NCBI GenBank assembly: GCA_035500675.1
Contig: DATJXA010000106.1
Coordinates: 213 to 64,212, forward strand
DNA: 64,000 bases
Origin: Bacteroidota bacterium
GTDB lineage: Bacteria; Bacteroidota; Ignavibacteria; UBA10030; UBA8401
Direction of reading: 5' to 3'
The notes below the pieces were generated by a model that had not been told where the DNA came from, ran no database searches, and saw only the letters and a list, made by a program, of their open reading frames with translations. Positions 16,497-26,631 of this stretch are shown piece after piece (within the stretch, counting starts at the first letter, position 1; each line of letters begins with the position of its first letter). Both the position numbers and the translations under genes were made by a program.

Positions 16497-18167
16497 TTCT
16501 CTGATCAATCTCTTGTACCTGATCCTGTGCGGTTGGTCTGCGGCGATGCCCAAGCGTTTTTTCCGATTCTCTTCGTACTCCGAATAATTCCCATCGAACC
16601 ACACGACTTTGCTTTCTCCCTCGAAGGCAAGAATATGGGTCGCGATCCTGTCGAGGAACCAGCGATCGTGCGAAATAACGACGGCGCATCCCGCAAAATT
16701 CATCAGCGCCTCTTCAAGCGCGCGGAGCGTGTTCACATCGAGGTCGTTTGTCGGCTCGTCGAGTAGAAGGATATTCGCTCCCTCCTTCAATACTTTTGCC
16801 AGATGAACCCTGTTGCGCTCTCCTCCGGAAAGAGCCCCCGTTTTCTTTTGCTGATCGCTTCCGCTGAAATTGAACCGCGCGACGTACGCTCGCGAGTTTA
16901 CTTCTCTGGCGCCAAGCTGCAAGATATCTTCCCCTCCCGAAATTTCCTGCCAGATCGTTCTCTCCGGATCCAACGGACGACTCTGGTCCACATACGCGAT
17001 CTTCGCCGTTTCTCCAACCTTGATTTCCCCGGCATCCGCTTTTTCCGCGCCGACGATCATTTTGAAGAGCGTCGTCTTTCCGGCGCCGTTCGCGCCGATC
17101 ACGCCGACGATGCCGCCAGCGGGGAGCGTGAAGTTCATATCTTCGTATAAAAGATTGTCGCCATACCCTTTTGAAACATGATGCGCTTCGATAGCAACAT
17201 CCCCAAGACGCGGCCCGGGAGGAATATAGATTTCCATTTCTTCGTCACGTTTCTCGGATTGATCGGCGAACATCTTTTCGTAAGCGGCAATTCGGGCTTT
17301 GCTCTTCGCATGACGTCCTTTCGGGTTCATGCGGACCCATTCGAGTTCCTCTTTCAGCGATTTCTGACGTTTCGATTCCTGCTTTTCTTCAAGCGCAAGC
17401 CGTTGTTGTTTCTGCTCGAGCCATGAAGAATAGTTCCCCTTGAACGGGATCCCTTCGCCCCGATCTAATTCGAGGATCCATCCGGCCACGTTGTCGAGAA
17501 AATACCGGTCGTGCGTCACGGCGAGCACCGTCCCCTTATATTGAGCGAGATGCTGCTCGAGCCATGCAACCGATTCTGCGTCAAGATGGTTGGTCGGTTC
17601 GTCAAGAAGAAGTACGTCGGGTTCCTGCAATAACAGGCGGCACAGCGCGACACGGCGTCGTTCTCCCCCCGACAGCACGTTCACCGGAGTTTCGCCGGGT
17701 GGGCACCGGAGCGCGTCCATCGCTTGTTCGAGCTTGCTGTCGATGTCCCATGCGTTGAGGCGATCGATCTTTTCCTGCAAGCTCCCCTGTTTCTCTAGGA
17801 GCTTATCGATATCGGCGTCGGGCTCGCCAAACTTAGCAGTGACTGCTTCGTATTCTCTCAACAGCGAAACAATTTCGTGCGCCCCTTCCTCGACAATTTC
17901 TTTCACAGTCTTGGAGGGATCAAGTTCCGGCTCCTGCGGAAGATAGCCGAACGATATTCCTTTTTGCGATGTGATCTCGCCGATGTATTCCTTGTCGATC
18001 CCGGCAATGATGCGAAGAAGCGTGCTCTTCCCTGCGCCGTTCAACCCGAGAACGCCGATTTTCGCACCGTAAAAGAAAGAGAGGTAAATATCTTTAAGAA
18101 CCTGTTTGTTGGGGGGATGGATCTTCCCAACGCCGACCATGGAGAAAATGATTTTTGTATCACTCAT
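16491..18167 (-). CDS. ettA: ABC-F ATPase, energy-dependent translational throttle protein EttA
   Basis: 558 aa. The N-terminus IFSMVGVGKIHPPNKQVLKDIYLSFFYGAKIGVLGLNGAGKST fits the family. It has two ABC cassettes (LSGGERRRVAL and LSGGERNRVHL) and no TM domain. Confidence 0.9.
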   Translation of the reverse strand: MSDTKIIFSMVGVGKIHPPNKQVLKDIYLSFFYGAKIGVLGLNGAGKSTLLRIIAGIDKEYIGEITSQKGISFGYLPQEPELDPSKTVKEIVEEGAHEIVSLLREYEAVTAKFGEPDADIDKLLEKQGSLQEKIDRLNAWDIDSKLEQAMDALRCPPGETPVNVLSGGERRRVALCRLLLQEPDVLLLDEPTNHLDAESVAWLEQHLAQYKGTVLAVTHDRYFLDNVAGWILELDRGEGIPFKGNYSSWLEQKQQRLALEEKQESKRQKSLKEELEWVRMNPKGRHAKSKARIAAYEKMFADQSEKRDEEMEIYIPPGPRLGDVAIEAHHVSKGYGDNLLYEDMNFTLPAGGIVGVIGANGAGKTTLFKMIVGAEKADAGEIKVGETAKIAYVDQSRPLDPERTIWQEISGGEDILQLGAREVNSRAYVARFNFSGSDQQKKTGALSGGERNRVHLAKVLKEGANILLLDEPTNDLDVNTLRALEEALMNFAGCAVVISHDRWFLDRIATHILAFEGESKVVWFDGNYSEYEENRKKRLGIAADQPHRIRYKRLIREQ

Positions 18168-18206
18168 TGTTTTTCAAGGTAAATGAAGCTGGAATATAGA
18201 GAATGC

Positions 18207-18330
18207 AAAGTTCAAAATGCAAAGGGCAAAACTACATTGCAAAGGGTAAAATTATGCGCTCTACGTATCCATTCCGGGAAATAAATTTTGAACTTTCCAA
18301 TATAACTTTGCCCTTTGCACTTTGAATTTT
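18207..18330. repeat. GCAAAG-word element with imperfect ~24-bp inverted repeat arms
   Basis: The arms are aaagttcaaaatgcaaagggcaaa (18207-18230) and tttgccctttgcactttgaatttt (18307-18330), with a 13-bp perfect core tgcaaagggcaaa. A 12-nt exact match caaagggcaaaa (18220-18231) is shared with 35445-35456. Confidence 0.85.
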
Positions 18331-18354
18331 AAATTTTGGAGTCGCCTCACACCA

Positions 18355-19659
18355 CTATCCCACCGTCTCCTGTCCCGTATCAAGATAAAGAAGCTTGTCA
18401 TCCGCATTGTATCCGAACAATTCTCCGTAACGAGCCCATCCGACAATTGTTTCGAAAAGCCTGTCGGCGTCTTCGTTAGGAAGAAGAATCGCGAGTTGCT
18501 CAAGAACAATTTCTTCGTTCAGGTTCAGGGACTCGTTGCGGCGCAGCATCCCCGCAACTACTTCGAACAACCGCAGTGAAAGAAGCTGCTGTTTGAAGAG
18601 CACCTTTCGCTCGTTGATATCCCCTTTGAGAAATTTTTTGCCGATATCGGTGAAGACGACGTTGTGTTTGGGCGTATCGACGAAATCCAGCAGCTCGGCC
18701 GCTTTGGCGACGGAGATCGTAGAACCGAAATCTTTTCCGGTCTTCTGCGCAAGGTCGAAGATATCGATCGTCCCGGTATGGTCGTCGAGAATTTCGAGCA
18801 ACCCGAGGATCTCGCTCGGCGTGACGTAAGGAAGCGGTTCGATGTGCCGGGATTGTGCGGTCTGAACGGCCGGAACCGCTTCGTCGGGGATGATGGCATT
18901 AGTGATGATGTCGTGAATCCGGTCGATCATCGCAAGGAATGCCGGCGACCGCATGTCCCTCGGATGGGGCATGTCGTTTTGGAGAATGATGCGAATCGAC
19001 CCCGGATTCGCTCCAAGAACGACGATGCGGTTCGCAAGGAAGACGGCTTCGCGGATATCGTGCGTGACAAATAGAACGCTCTTGATCTCCACTTTGTGGT
19101 CGAGCCACAGGTTGAGGACTTCCGCGCGGAGGTTCTCCGCCGTTAGGACATCGAGCGCGCTGAAAGGCTCGTCCATGCAGAGAAGCTCCGGCTGCACGAC
19201 GATAGCACGGGCAATGCCGACCCGCTGTTTCATTCCTCCTGAAAGTTCTTTCGGGTATGCTTCTTCAAACCCCTCCAACCCCACTTTGTCCACCGCCTGC
19301 CGCACCCGCCCCCGCACCTCTTCGACGGGAAGCTGAAGCCATTCCAATCCCAACGAAATATTTTCATGGACAGTGAGCCATGGGTAGAGAGCGAAGTTCT
19401 GAAAGACGATCGCTGCACGCGGATGAAATCCGACAAGCGGCTTGTCGTAGGCGAGAACCTCTCCCGTTGTTGGAGTGATGAGGCCGGTGAGGATGCGCAT
19501 GAGCGTCGATTTTCCGGACCCTGAGGGACCGAGCAGGGCGACGATCTCGCCCGGATGGATCTGGAGCGAAATATTTTCGAGCACTTTCAGTTCCGCCCCG
19601 TTGGGGAGTGTAAATTCTTTGCAAACGCCGCGAAGTTCGGCAATAGGTGTCGAGTTCAT
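18355..19659 (-). CDS. ABC transporter ATP-binding protein (NitT/TauT family) with a ~180-aa C-terminal extension
   Basis: GPSGSGKST, LSGGMKQRVGIA and MDEPFSALD. I recall the C-terminal extra domain as the AAA-associated C-terminal domain type. ATG at 19659 overlaps the permease stop (ATGA); the ORF-track start at 19707 would overlap the permease gene by 52 nt. Confidence 0.88.
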   Translation of the reverse strand: MNSTPIAELRGVCKEFTLPNGAELKVLENISLQIHPGEIVALLGPSGSGKSTLMRILTGLITPTTGEVLAYDKPLVGFHPRAAIVFQNFALYPWLTVHENISLGLEWLQLPVEEVRGRVRQAVDKVGLEGFEEAYPKELSGGMKQRVGIARAIVVQPELLCMDEPFSALDVLTAENLRAEVLNLWLDHKVEIKSVLFVTHDIREAVFLANRIVVLGANPGSIRIILQNDMPHPRDMRSPAFLAMIDRIHDIITNAIIPDEAVPAVQTAQSRHIEPLPYVTPSEILGLLEILDDHTGTIDIFDLAQKTGKDFGSTISVAKAAELLDFVDTPKHNVVFTDIGKKFLKGDINERKVLFKQQLLSLRLFEVVAGMLRRNESLNLNEEIVLEQLAILLPNEDADRLFETIVGWARYGELFGYNADDKLLYLDTGQETVG

Positions 19660-21395
19660 TTGTTCAGACTGTATTGAGTTTCTGCAATGTGATAAAGTTT
19701 TTTCCAAAAAAATTTGTTGACCATGACAACGGTGGAGGCCATCGCGAGCACACTCGCCGCGAGCAATCCAAAATCCCCCTTATCGGTCGCCGTTGTGATG
19801 GTGGAACCAAGCCCCGTGGCGACGAGAATTTTGTTCCCGAAATGAACATACTCTGCAACGATGCTCGCATTCCATGCGCCGCCCGTCGCAGTTACCCACC
19901 CGGTCACGAGAGAAGGAAAAATTCCCGGAAGGATCAATCTCTTCCATGTCTGCCATTGCGTGAGACGCGACACGTTTGCGACCTCGCGTAAGTCCTGCGG
20001 AATTCCCATCGCTCCAGCGATCACATTGAAAAGAATGTACCACTGAGTACCGAGGATCATAAGGACGACCGCTCCGGCCTCAATGCCGATGCCCGCCCCT
20101 GACAAGAGCAGGATCACCAAAGGAAACAACATCGGCGCGGGAAACGAAGCGGCCACCTGTGCTACCGGCTGAAGAATGCGCGAAAGTTTCGGGTTCAGTC
20201 CGATTGCAACGCCTATCGGGACCATAAATAACGTCCCCAAGACGACCGCCACGAGCACGCGAGCGAACGTCAAAAGAAGCCGGACGAAGATCGTTACCCA
20301 GTCTCCAACGTTCATCTCCCCAAAGAGCGAAAATAATTTCCATGCGCCAAAGAGCATGACGCCTAGAGCAAAAGCGGTGACGATCCAGCCAAAAATTTTT
20401 TTGAAAAATTTTCCCGCTTCAGGGGCCGGTCTTTTTTCTACCCGTTCCAACGCAATGACGCCGTTCATCACGCGCACCGATACCGAAGAATAGATCGGCT
20501 CCCAAATTCCCTCTCGGACAAATTTCAACAGGTGGGACTGTCTCATCAAATCGAGGACAAACGATCCTTCTACCTCGGAAGCCTCGGTATCCTCAAATTT
20601 GTATTTTTGAGCCCATGCGACGATCGGCCGCCAGAAAACCTGGTCAACAAGAACGATCATCGTCGTCATGGCGATGATCGCGTAGGCCATCGCCGGAACA
20701 TTGCCCTGCGATATTGCCACGCTCATGTAAGAGCCGATTCCAGGAAGGCGGAAATCTTTTGTCCCGAGCACAAATGCCTCGTTGATCGTGAGAAAGAACC
20801 AGCCTCCGGCCATCGACATCATGCTGTTCCAGATCAATCCCATCGCAGAGTACGGCAGCTCCAGTTCGGTGAACCGTTTCCACCAGCCGAGTTTATAGAC
20901 CTTTCCGGCTTCACGCAACTCCGCGGGGATTGACCGGAGCGAATTATAGAAACTGAAGGTCATGTTCCACACCTGGCCAGTGAAGATCATGATCACTGCC
21001 GCGAGTTCGAGCCCGATGTTCGAGTGTGGAAAGATGGCAACAAATGCGAGGACGAGGCTCGGCAGAAATCCGAGCACCGGGATGCTTTGAAGAATATCGA
21101 GGAGCGGGATCATCACCTTCTCCGCCCGTTTATTGTACGCCGCAACGTACCCATAGACGATCGTAAACACAAGAGAGATTCCGTAAGCAACGAACCCGCG
21201 GACGAGAGAAAAGAACGTGTACTTCGGCAAGGCCAACGGCGAAAGGTCGATCTCAACTTTCGGCCTGAGAATGCCGTTCCATTCTCTCCCCACTCCTACA
21301 AGGCTATAGAGCAATGCAGCCAGGCCAAGGAAGACCACCGGGTCTACCCAGCTGACGGAGCGACGGAGACGAACGTACGTACGGATCAGCGACAT
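19656..21395 (-). CDS. ABC transporter permease, duplicated (two fused BPD-type permease domains)
   Basis: About 580 aa with roughly 12 TM helices arranged as two similar halves. ATG at 21395 (MSLIRTY...); the ORF-track start at 21494 is a TTG. Confidence 0.85.
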   Translation of the reverse strand: MSLIRTYVRLRRSVSWVDPVVFLGLAALLYSLVGVGREWNGILRPKVEIDLSPLALPKYTFFSLVRGFVAYGISLVFTIVYGYVAAYNKRAEKVMIPLLDILQSIPVLGFLPSLVLAFVAIFPHSNIGLELAAVIMIFTGQVWNMTFSFYNSLRSIPAELREAGKVYKLGWWKRFTELELPYSAMGLIWNSMMSMAGGWFFLTINEAFVLGTKDFRLPGIGSYMSVAISQGNVPAMAYAIIAMTTMIVLVDQVFWRPIVAWAQKYKFEDTEASEVEGSFVLDLMRQSHLLKFVREGIWEPIYSSVSVRVMNGVIALERVEKRPAPEAGKFFKKIFGWIVTAFALGVMLFGAWKLFSLFGEMNVGDWVTIFVRLLLTFARVLVAVVLGTLFMVPIGVAIGLNPKLSRILQPVAQVAASFPAPMLFPLVILLLSGAGIGIEAGAVVLMILGTQWYILFNVIAGAMGIPQDLREVANVSRLTQWQTWKRLILPGIFPSLVTGWVTATGGAWNASIVAEYVHFGNKILVATGLGSTITTATDKGDFGLLAASVLAMASTVVMVNKFFWKKLYHIAETQYSLNK

Positions 21396-21531
21396 GGGGT
21401 TTGAATGAAATTGCTTTGAAGATATTGAAAAGTGGAGCGAGAGGCAATTAAGAAACCATGAGGAATACGTTACGAATGCATCATCGAACGGCAATTCGAG
21501 AATCGATCAAGGCATTTTACATCCCCAAAAA

Positions 21532-22290
21532 TTACATATGGAAAAGAAAAAATGCCCCCAGAATGGTAAGCGCAACGCCGTACCACCGCTCCAGTTTGTT
21601 CGCTTTGGATCTGATTGCGAGCTTGGCTCCCAAATAGGACAACGGAACAGAGCCGAGAGCGAGGAAAAGGGTGACCGTCCAGTCGATGTGTCCAAGGTAG
21701 GCATGGACGATGGTCCCCGGAAGAGCCAGGAACGCAGAGGCCGCGAGCGAGCATGCAAACGCTTTCTTCAGCGGCTGCTGCAAAAACCTGGCGTAACTCG
21801 GGGCAAGAAGAAATCCCCCGGAGTTTGCCAAGAGACCCGACACGAGCCCCACACCGATGGCAACGAGTAACAATCGTGAACGCCAATGCGACGGACGAAC
21901 TGTTGCATCAGCGGGGTGGGCCGATGATTTCTCTTTCGGGGAAACGAGAAATGTCACTCCAAACCCTAACACCATGAGGCCTGTGATAATTAATAGAGGA
22001 GTTGCGCCGGTATAGACGGTAAGAAACGATCCGATGATCGTCGCCGGAGCTCCCGCAGCCACGCTCCACCAAATGATCTGCCAATCCAGGAGGTCCGATT
22101 TCCAATATTCGGCCGATGCGATCACCAAACCGGGAATCGTTGCAGGAAGCGGCGCAGTGACGGCGACAAATCCCGGTATGCCGATGAGACTCAACATCGG
22201 CGTCGCAATGGCGCTTCCCCCTTTGCCGAATAACCCGCCAAGGAATCCTACGATGATGCCGACGAGAAACGCTCCAAAGTGTTGCAACAT
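21532..22290 (-). CDS. TauE/SafE-family anion exporter-like membrane protein
   Basis: 252 aa. The N-terminus FLVGIIVGFLGGLFGKGGSAIATPML is typical of the family. AAGGGGG SD upstream. Confidence 0.85.
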   Translation of the reverse strand: MLQHFGAFLVGIIVGFLGGLFGKGGSAIATPMLSLIGIPGFVAVTAPLPATIPGLVIASAEYWKSDLLDWQIIWWSVAAGAPATIIGSFLTVYTGATPLLIITGLMVLGFGVTFLVSPKEKSSAHPADATVRPSHWRSRLLLVAIGVGLVSGLLANSGGFLLAPSYARFLQQPLKKAFACSLAASAFLALPGTIVHAYLGHIDWTVTLFLALGSVPLSYLGAKLAIRSKANKLERWYGVALTILGAFFLFHM

Positions 22291-22331
22291 CAGCCGCCCC
22301 CTTCTTGCATTGACGTCGATCGTTCAAAACG

Positions 22332-22429
22332 CAAAGTGAAAAATGCAAAATTACAATTCACACTTTCAAATGAATTGATGACAACTCCGAATTCCATCTT
22401 AAATTTTGCCTTTTGCATTTTTCACTTTG
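22332..22429. repeat. GCAAAG-word element with a perfect 19-bp inverted repeat
   Basis: caaagtgaaaaatgcaaaa (22332-22350) and ttttgcatttttcactttg (22411-22429) are separated by a 60-nt spacer. An 11-nt exact match gcaaaattaca is shared with 35459-35469. Confidence 0.95.
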
Positions 22430-22446
22430 GCCTTTATCCCGACTCT

Positions 22447-25400
22447 TTATTTCTTCATTAATTCCTTCACCGCCGCTTCGATCTGCTGATCGCGGCCGTT
22501 CGTCATGATGGCCGGATCGTTCCGTACTTTGATGTCGGGCTCAAGCTGTGTGTTCTCGCAGAACTTGCCGTCAGGAGTCCGCCATCCGCCCATCGGAATT
22601 CCAAACACGAGGTTCGGGTCGATCTGGCCTTCCCACCACACGAATGTGCCCGTGCCGGGAACGGGCATGCCCAGCGTTTTGCCGATTCCTTTCAATTTGT
22701 ACGCTACCGGGAACAAGTGGGCATCCGAATAATCGCTTTCACCGATAAGCACGATAGAGGGTTTTGTCCATTTATCGTATGGCTCCGAGCCGACGTATTG
22801 CCCGTGCGGGATAATGTCGAAGTATTTCTTGCCGCTCAGGAAATCGGAAAGCTGTTCGTGGATGTTCCCGCCGCCGTTGAAGCGTGTGTCGACGATGAGC
22901 GCTTTCTTTCCTACATTCCGCCCGAGCGCCTCTTCAAAAACCGTCCGCATGCTCGCGTCGTTCATCGAACGAACATGCACGTATCCGATCTCTCCGTTCG
23001 ACAGCTTGTCCACTTCTTCGCGGCGATTCTTCACCCAGCGCTGGTAGAGCAGTTCGCTCTCTTCGCCCGCGGAGATCGGCTTGACCGTTTCTTCCCATCG
23101 TTTGTCCGCCTCGGGATCATACACCGACAGAAGGGTAAGTTTCCCTACCTTTCGATTCAGCAATTCGTAAAAGTCGATCGAGGGCGTGATCGTTTCACCG
23201 TCGATCGCCTCGATGATATTTCCTGCCCGTATCTTCGACGCCGCCTTATCGATTGGGCCTCCTTCGACAACTTCCGCGATCTTCACACCGTTCCCTGTGA
23301 AGCTGAAATCGTACAACAGTCCGAGGTCCGCCGTTTGATCGGAGTTCGGCTGAGCGTGGCGGTAATAACATCCCGTGTGCGAGACATTCGCTTCGCCCAG
23401 CATTTCGCTCAACATCTCGGAGAAATCGTAGTCGTTGTTGATGTACGGAAGAAATTTCTTGTAGTCGTTGTAGTAATAACTCCAATCAACCCCCTGCATG
23501 TCGGGAAATAAAATTTTTTCTTTGAATTGCCTCCATGCGTGGTAGAAAATGTAGTCCCGTTCATCGGCTTCCTTCAACACCATTTCTCCGCCGGTTCTGA
23601 TCGGTTCGGCTTTTCCGCTTTCAGCGTCGACTTTCATCGGTTTGCCGTCCGCATCGAGGAAAATGAACTTGCCGTCCGGTGAAAGCTCCATCGAGGCATG
23701 GTCGGCGCCTAACTTCGCAAAAAGTTTCGTCTCTTTTGTCCGCAGCTCCGTCGTCCAGAGGTCGTTTCCTTTATCAAAGCTCGTCAGGTAGAAAAGTTTC
23801 TCGCCGTCCTTTGAAAGCACCCAATCGCCTACCGGAGAAGTGTACGAAGTGAGCCGGCTTTTGCGGTCGGTGAGTTCGTTCCAGTCGATCACGACCTGTG
23901 GGAGGCTATCTTTTTCCGCCTTGGACTCTTTTTCTTTTTTCTCACCCTTCGCCTTTTCATCCGTCCCCTTCTTTTCCTTGTCTTCTTGTTCCTTCACCAA
24001 CGCGAATTCTTCTTTTGTGAGTTTGAAACGGTCGAAGGCTGCTTTGGTGAAAAACATTCCGTAGACGTCGCCGCTGAATATGCCGCCGCCCTGTTCACGC
24101 GTGCCGTTGCGGTCGGAACCCCAGATCATCATTTTCCCGTCCATGGCCCATTTGGGAGTATAATTGTCGTACCCGCTCAACGTGAGGTTGTGAATTTCTC
24201 CTTTGCCGTCCGAAGAGACGAGTCCTACTTCCGGCGTGAAGATGCGTTCGGGATACGCAAATTGAACGAGAAACCATTTTCCGTCGGGAGACCATTCATA
24301 GTATTGATCGCCGTCGGCGTACGAATAATTCTTGTCTGCTGACATGATCGTGCGGGTTTGCTTCGTCGCCAGGTCGACTACTTTGAGCGTCACGCGATTT
24401 TCAAGGTAGGCCACCTCTTTTCCGTCGGGTGAGAACGCTGGTTGAAATTCCTCGGCCTCCGTAGCAATGACCGGCTCTTCCTTGAGGATCGTCGATGCAT
24501 AAAAATACGGCTCTTCCTTCCGGACGATTGAAACTTTGTAGACGTCCCAGTTGCTGTCTTTTTCGGCGGCATACACGAGCGAGCGTCCGTCCGGACTGAA
24601 GCTGACGCTCCGCTCCTGCCACGGAGTATTCGTGATCCGCTTCGTAATGCCCCCTTCCATACTCGTGACAAAAATTTCTCCGCGGAAGACGTACGCAAAT
24701 TCTTTTCCGTTGGGCGAAAGCTTCATTTCCGTGAACTTTTCATTCACCGGAACGACTTTGTCGAGCGTTTCCCGTCCGTCCTCGCCGATCCGCACGTTTA
24801 GTTTCTGGGGATCGCCTCCGGGTTTCATCGTATAGACCTCGCCGTTGAAACCGAAACAAAGTGTATTATCCTTCGCGAGCGTGAGAAACCGGACCGGATC
24901 CTTGGTGTAATGAGTGAGCGCTTCGCTTTTCGACGGGTCGGACAAGGAACTCTTGTACACGTTGAACGATCCGCTCTGCTCCGTGAGATAATAAAAATCG
25001 TTATCGTTCGAATCGAATACGGGATTGCGGTCTTCTCCGTCAAATTGGGTCAGCTGCAAATATTGCTTTGTTTTAAAATCGTACACCCATATATCGTGCG
25101 TCACGGACGATGTGTGATGCTTTCTCCAAAGACTCTCGTACCCTTTGAGATCGTCATAGATCACTTTATCGCCGGTTGAATTGAGCGTGGCGTTAAGAGT
25201 GGGGATCGGAAGTACCAGCGATACACGGCCGCCGTTCACGGAAACGCTGTACAGCTGCACCATCATCCCCGTCGGGAATTGCACGTTCGTCGGCAATTCC
25301 TGCCGGTATGCAGTGAAGAGAACCGATTTATCGTCCGCAGAAAAGGTGGCCGGGATCTCGCTTGTCGAATTGAACGTCAAGCGTTTCGCCTCGCCGCCGT

Positions 25401-25692
25401 TCGCCGGCATGACAAACACGTCGAAGTTTCCGTATCTGTCGGAGGCGAATGCGATGCTTTTTCCGTCATGACTCCACACCGGAGCAAATTCATAGGACTC
25501 GCTGAGCGTGAGAGGGATCGCCGTCCCTCCATCCGATGCAACCGAGTAAATATCTCCCTTGTATTCGAACAGGATCGTCTTTCCGTCGGGTGAGATGGCG
25601 GGGTAACGCATCCAGAGCGGATTCTCTTGACAAAGCATTATTGTTGTCATGAGAAGGCTAAGGGCCGTGGCAAGAGAAAATCTGAAGGTCAT
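22447..25692 (-). CDS. tricorn-type protease homologue (beta-propellers + PDZ + S41 peptidase domain)
   Basis: 1081 aa with a signal peptide and many SPDGK/TolB-like propeller repeats. It carries a C-terminal S41-type domain and a Lys/Glu-rich insert (KEQEDKEKKGTDEKAKGEKKEKESKAEKD). AAGGAG SD upstream. Confidence 0.88.
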   Translation of the reverse strand: MTFRFSLATALSLLMTTIMLCQENPLWMRYPAISPDGKTILFEYKGDIYSVASDGGTAIPLTLSESYEFAPVWSHDGKSIAFASDRYGNFDVFVMPANGGEAKRLTFNSTSEIPATFSADDKSVLFTAYRQELPTNVQFPTGMMVQLYSVSVNGGRVSLVLPIPTLNATLNSTGDKVIYDDLKGYESLWRKHHTSSVTHDIWVYDFKTKQYLQLTQFDGEDRNPVFDSNDNDFYYLTEQSGSFNVYKSSLSDPSKSEALTHYTKDPVRFLTLAKDNTLCFGFNGEVYTMKPGGDPQKLNVRIGEDGRETLDKVVPVNEKFTEMKLSPNGKEFAYVFRGEIFVTSMEGGITKRITNTPWQERSVSFSPDGRSLVYAAEKDSNWDVYKVSIVRKEEPYFYASTILKEEPVIATEAEEFQPAFSPDGKEVAYLENRVTLKVVDLATKQTRTIMSADKNYSYADGDQYYEWSPDGKWFLVQFAYPERIFTPEVGLVSSDGKGEIHNLTLSGYDNYTPKWAMDGKMMIWGSDRNGTREQGGGIFSGDVYGMFFTKAAFDRFKLTKEEFALVKEQEDKEKKGTDEKAKGEKKEKESKAEKDSLPQVVIDWNELTDRKSRLTSYTSPVGDWVLSKDGEKLFYLTSFDKGNDLWTTELRTKETKLFAKLGADHASMELSPDGKFIFLDADGKPMKVDAESGKAEPIRTGGEMVLKEADERDYIFYHAWRQFKEKILFPDMQGVDWSYYYNDYKKFLPYINNDYDFSEMLSEMLGEANVSHTGCYYRHAQPNSDQTADLGLLYDFSFTGNGVKIAEVVEGGPIDKAASKIRAGNIIEAIDGETITPSIDFYELLNRKVGKLTLLSVYDPEADKRWEETVKPISAGEESELLYQRWVKNRREEVDKLSNGEIGYVHVRSMNDASMRTVFEEALGRNVGKKALIVDTRFNGGGNIHEQLSDFLSGKKYFDIIPHGQYVGSEPYDKWTKPSIVLIGESDYSDAHLFPVAYKLKGIGKTLGMPVPGTGTFVWWEGQIDPNLVFGIPMGGWRTPDGKFCENTQLEPDIKVRNDPAIMTNGRDQQIEAAVKELMKK

Positions 25693-25712
25693 TGTCGAAT
25701 CTCCTTATAGTG

Positions 25713-26615
25713 TTAATCGACGGGTGCTGCATGCACCGGGCGTAGGCGCCATGTTGCCTGGATCTTGCCCCGTTTCCGGAACTTTAATAACTGAAATATT
25801 GATGCGCTTTTCAACAGATATTCAAGGGATGTCAATTTAGACCGATCCGTCTCCGCCTCCTTTTCTACGGCAAATCCGGCGTCCTGAAAAAATTTCCGTG
25901 CGGCCTCCATGCTGTCGAATTTATTTTCCTCGATCCGATGCTGCGCGGAAAATTCTTTTTCCTCTTTGCTTACGGTAATATCGAGGCCGGTTGTTTTCTT
26001 TGCGAGATAGATATCCGCCGTGATCCAATATCCGCCGCGGTCTTGCAATACTTTATGGATAATGCTGCAAAGTTTTTTCTTTTCTTCACCCTGCAGATAC
26101 ATCAAAAGCCCTTCGTTGATAATGACGATCTCCCCGGGGGGAAAACGCTCGACGACCTCGAAGAATTGCTTTTCGTCGAGTGCGTTGAGGGGTATCAGCT
26201 CCAGCTTCCCGTGCCGTCCCCCATCCTTTAACTCTAAAGACTGGATAATATTTCTTTTGGCCGCAACGACGTCGGGGAGGTCTGTATCAATATAATGAAT
26301 TTCTTCGTCCCTCGTCTTTTCCAGACCCCGGAATGAAAAGCCCGACGATAATTCAAGAATATTTTTGATCGGCAGTCCATCCAGCAATTGATCGATGCTC
26401 CAGTACCGCATCTCAAAATGGATCACCCGCGCCCAAAAGCCGACATCCCTATTATTAAAGTCCGGCTGATATTGATTGGGAGCTACTATCAACTCTGCAG
26501 CTTTTCGCGCAAAAGGAATGTTCGTCAACCCCTTCATCAACAGCAGTGATCGGGCGGATGGGCTGATAGTATTGTAATTGCGTGCGGCCGTTTCTTGCCG
26601 GTCTGGAGACGCCAT
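25713..26615 (-). CDS. class I SAM-dependent methyltransferase-like protein (LCMT/TcmP-like flavour)
   Basis: 300 aa. ILELSSGFSFRG...YIDTDLPDV...INEGLLMYL resembles SAM-binding motifs I-III. The family assignment is tentative. Confidence 0.6.
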   Translation of the reverse strand: MASPDRQETAARNYNTISPSARSLLLMKGLTNIPFARKAAELIVAPNQYQPDFNNRDVGFWARVIHFEMRYWSIDQLLDGLPIKNILELSSGFSFRGLEKTRDEEIHYIDTDLPDVVAAKRNIIQSLELKDGGRHGKLELIPLNALDEKQFFEVVERFPPGEIVIINEGLLMYLQGEEKKKLCSIIHKVLQDRGGYWITADIYLAKKTTGLDITVSKEEKEFSAQHRIEENKFDSMEAARKFFQDAGFAVEKEAETDRSKLTSLEYLLKSASIFQLLKFRKRGKIQATWRLRPVHAAPVD

Positions 26616-26631
26616 AGCCTAAATTTAATCC

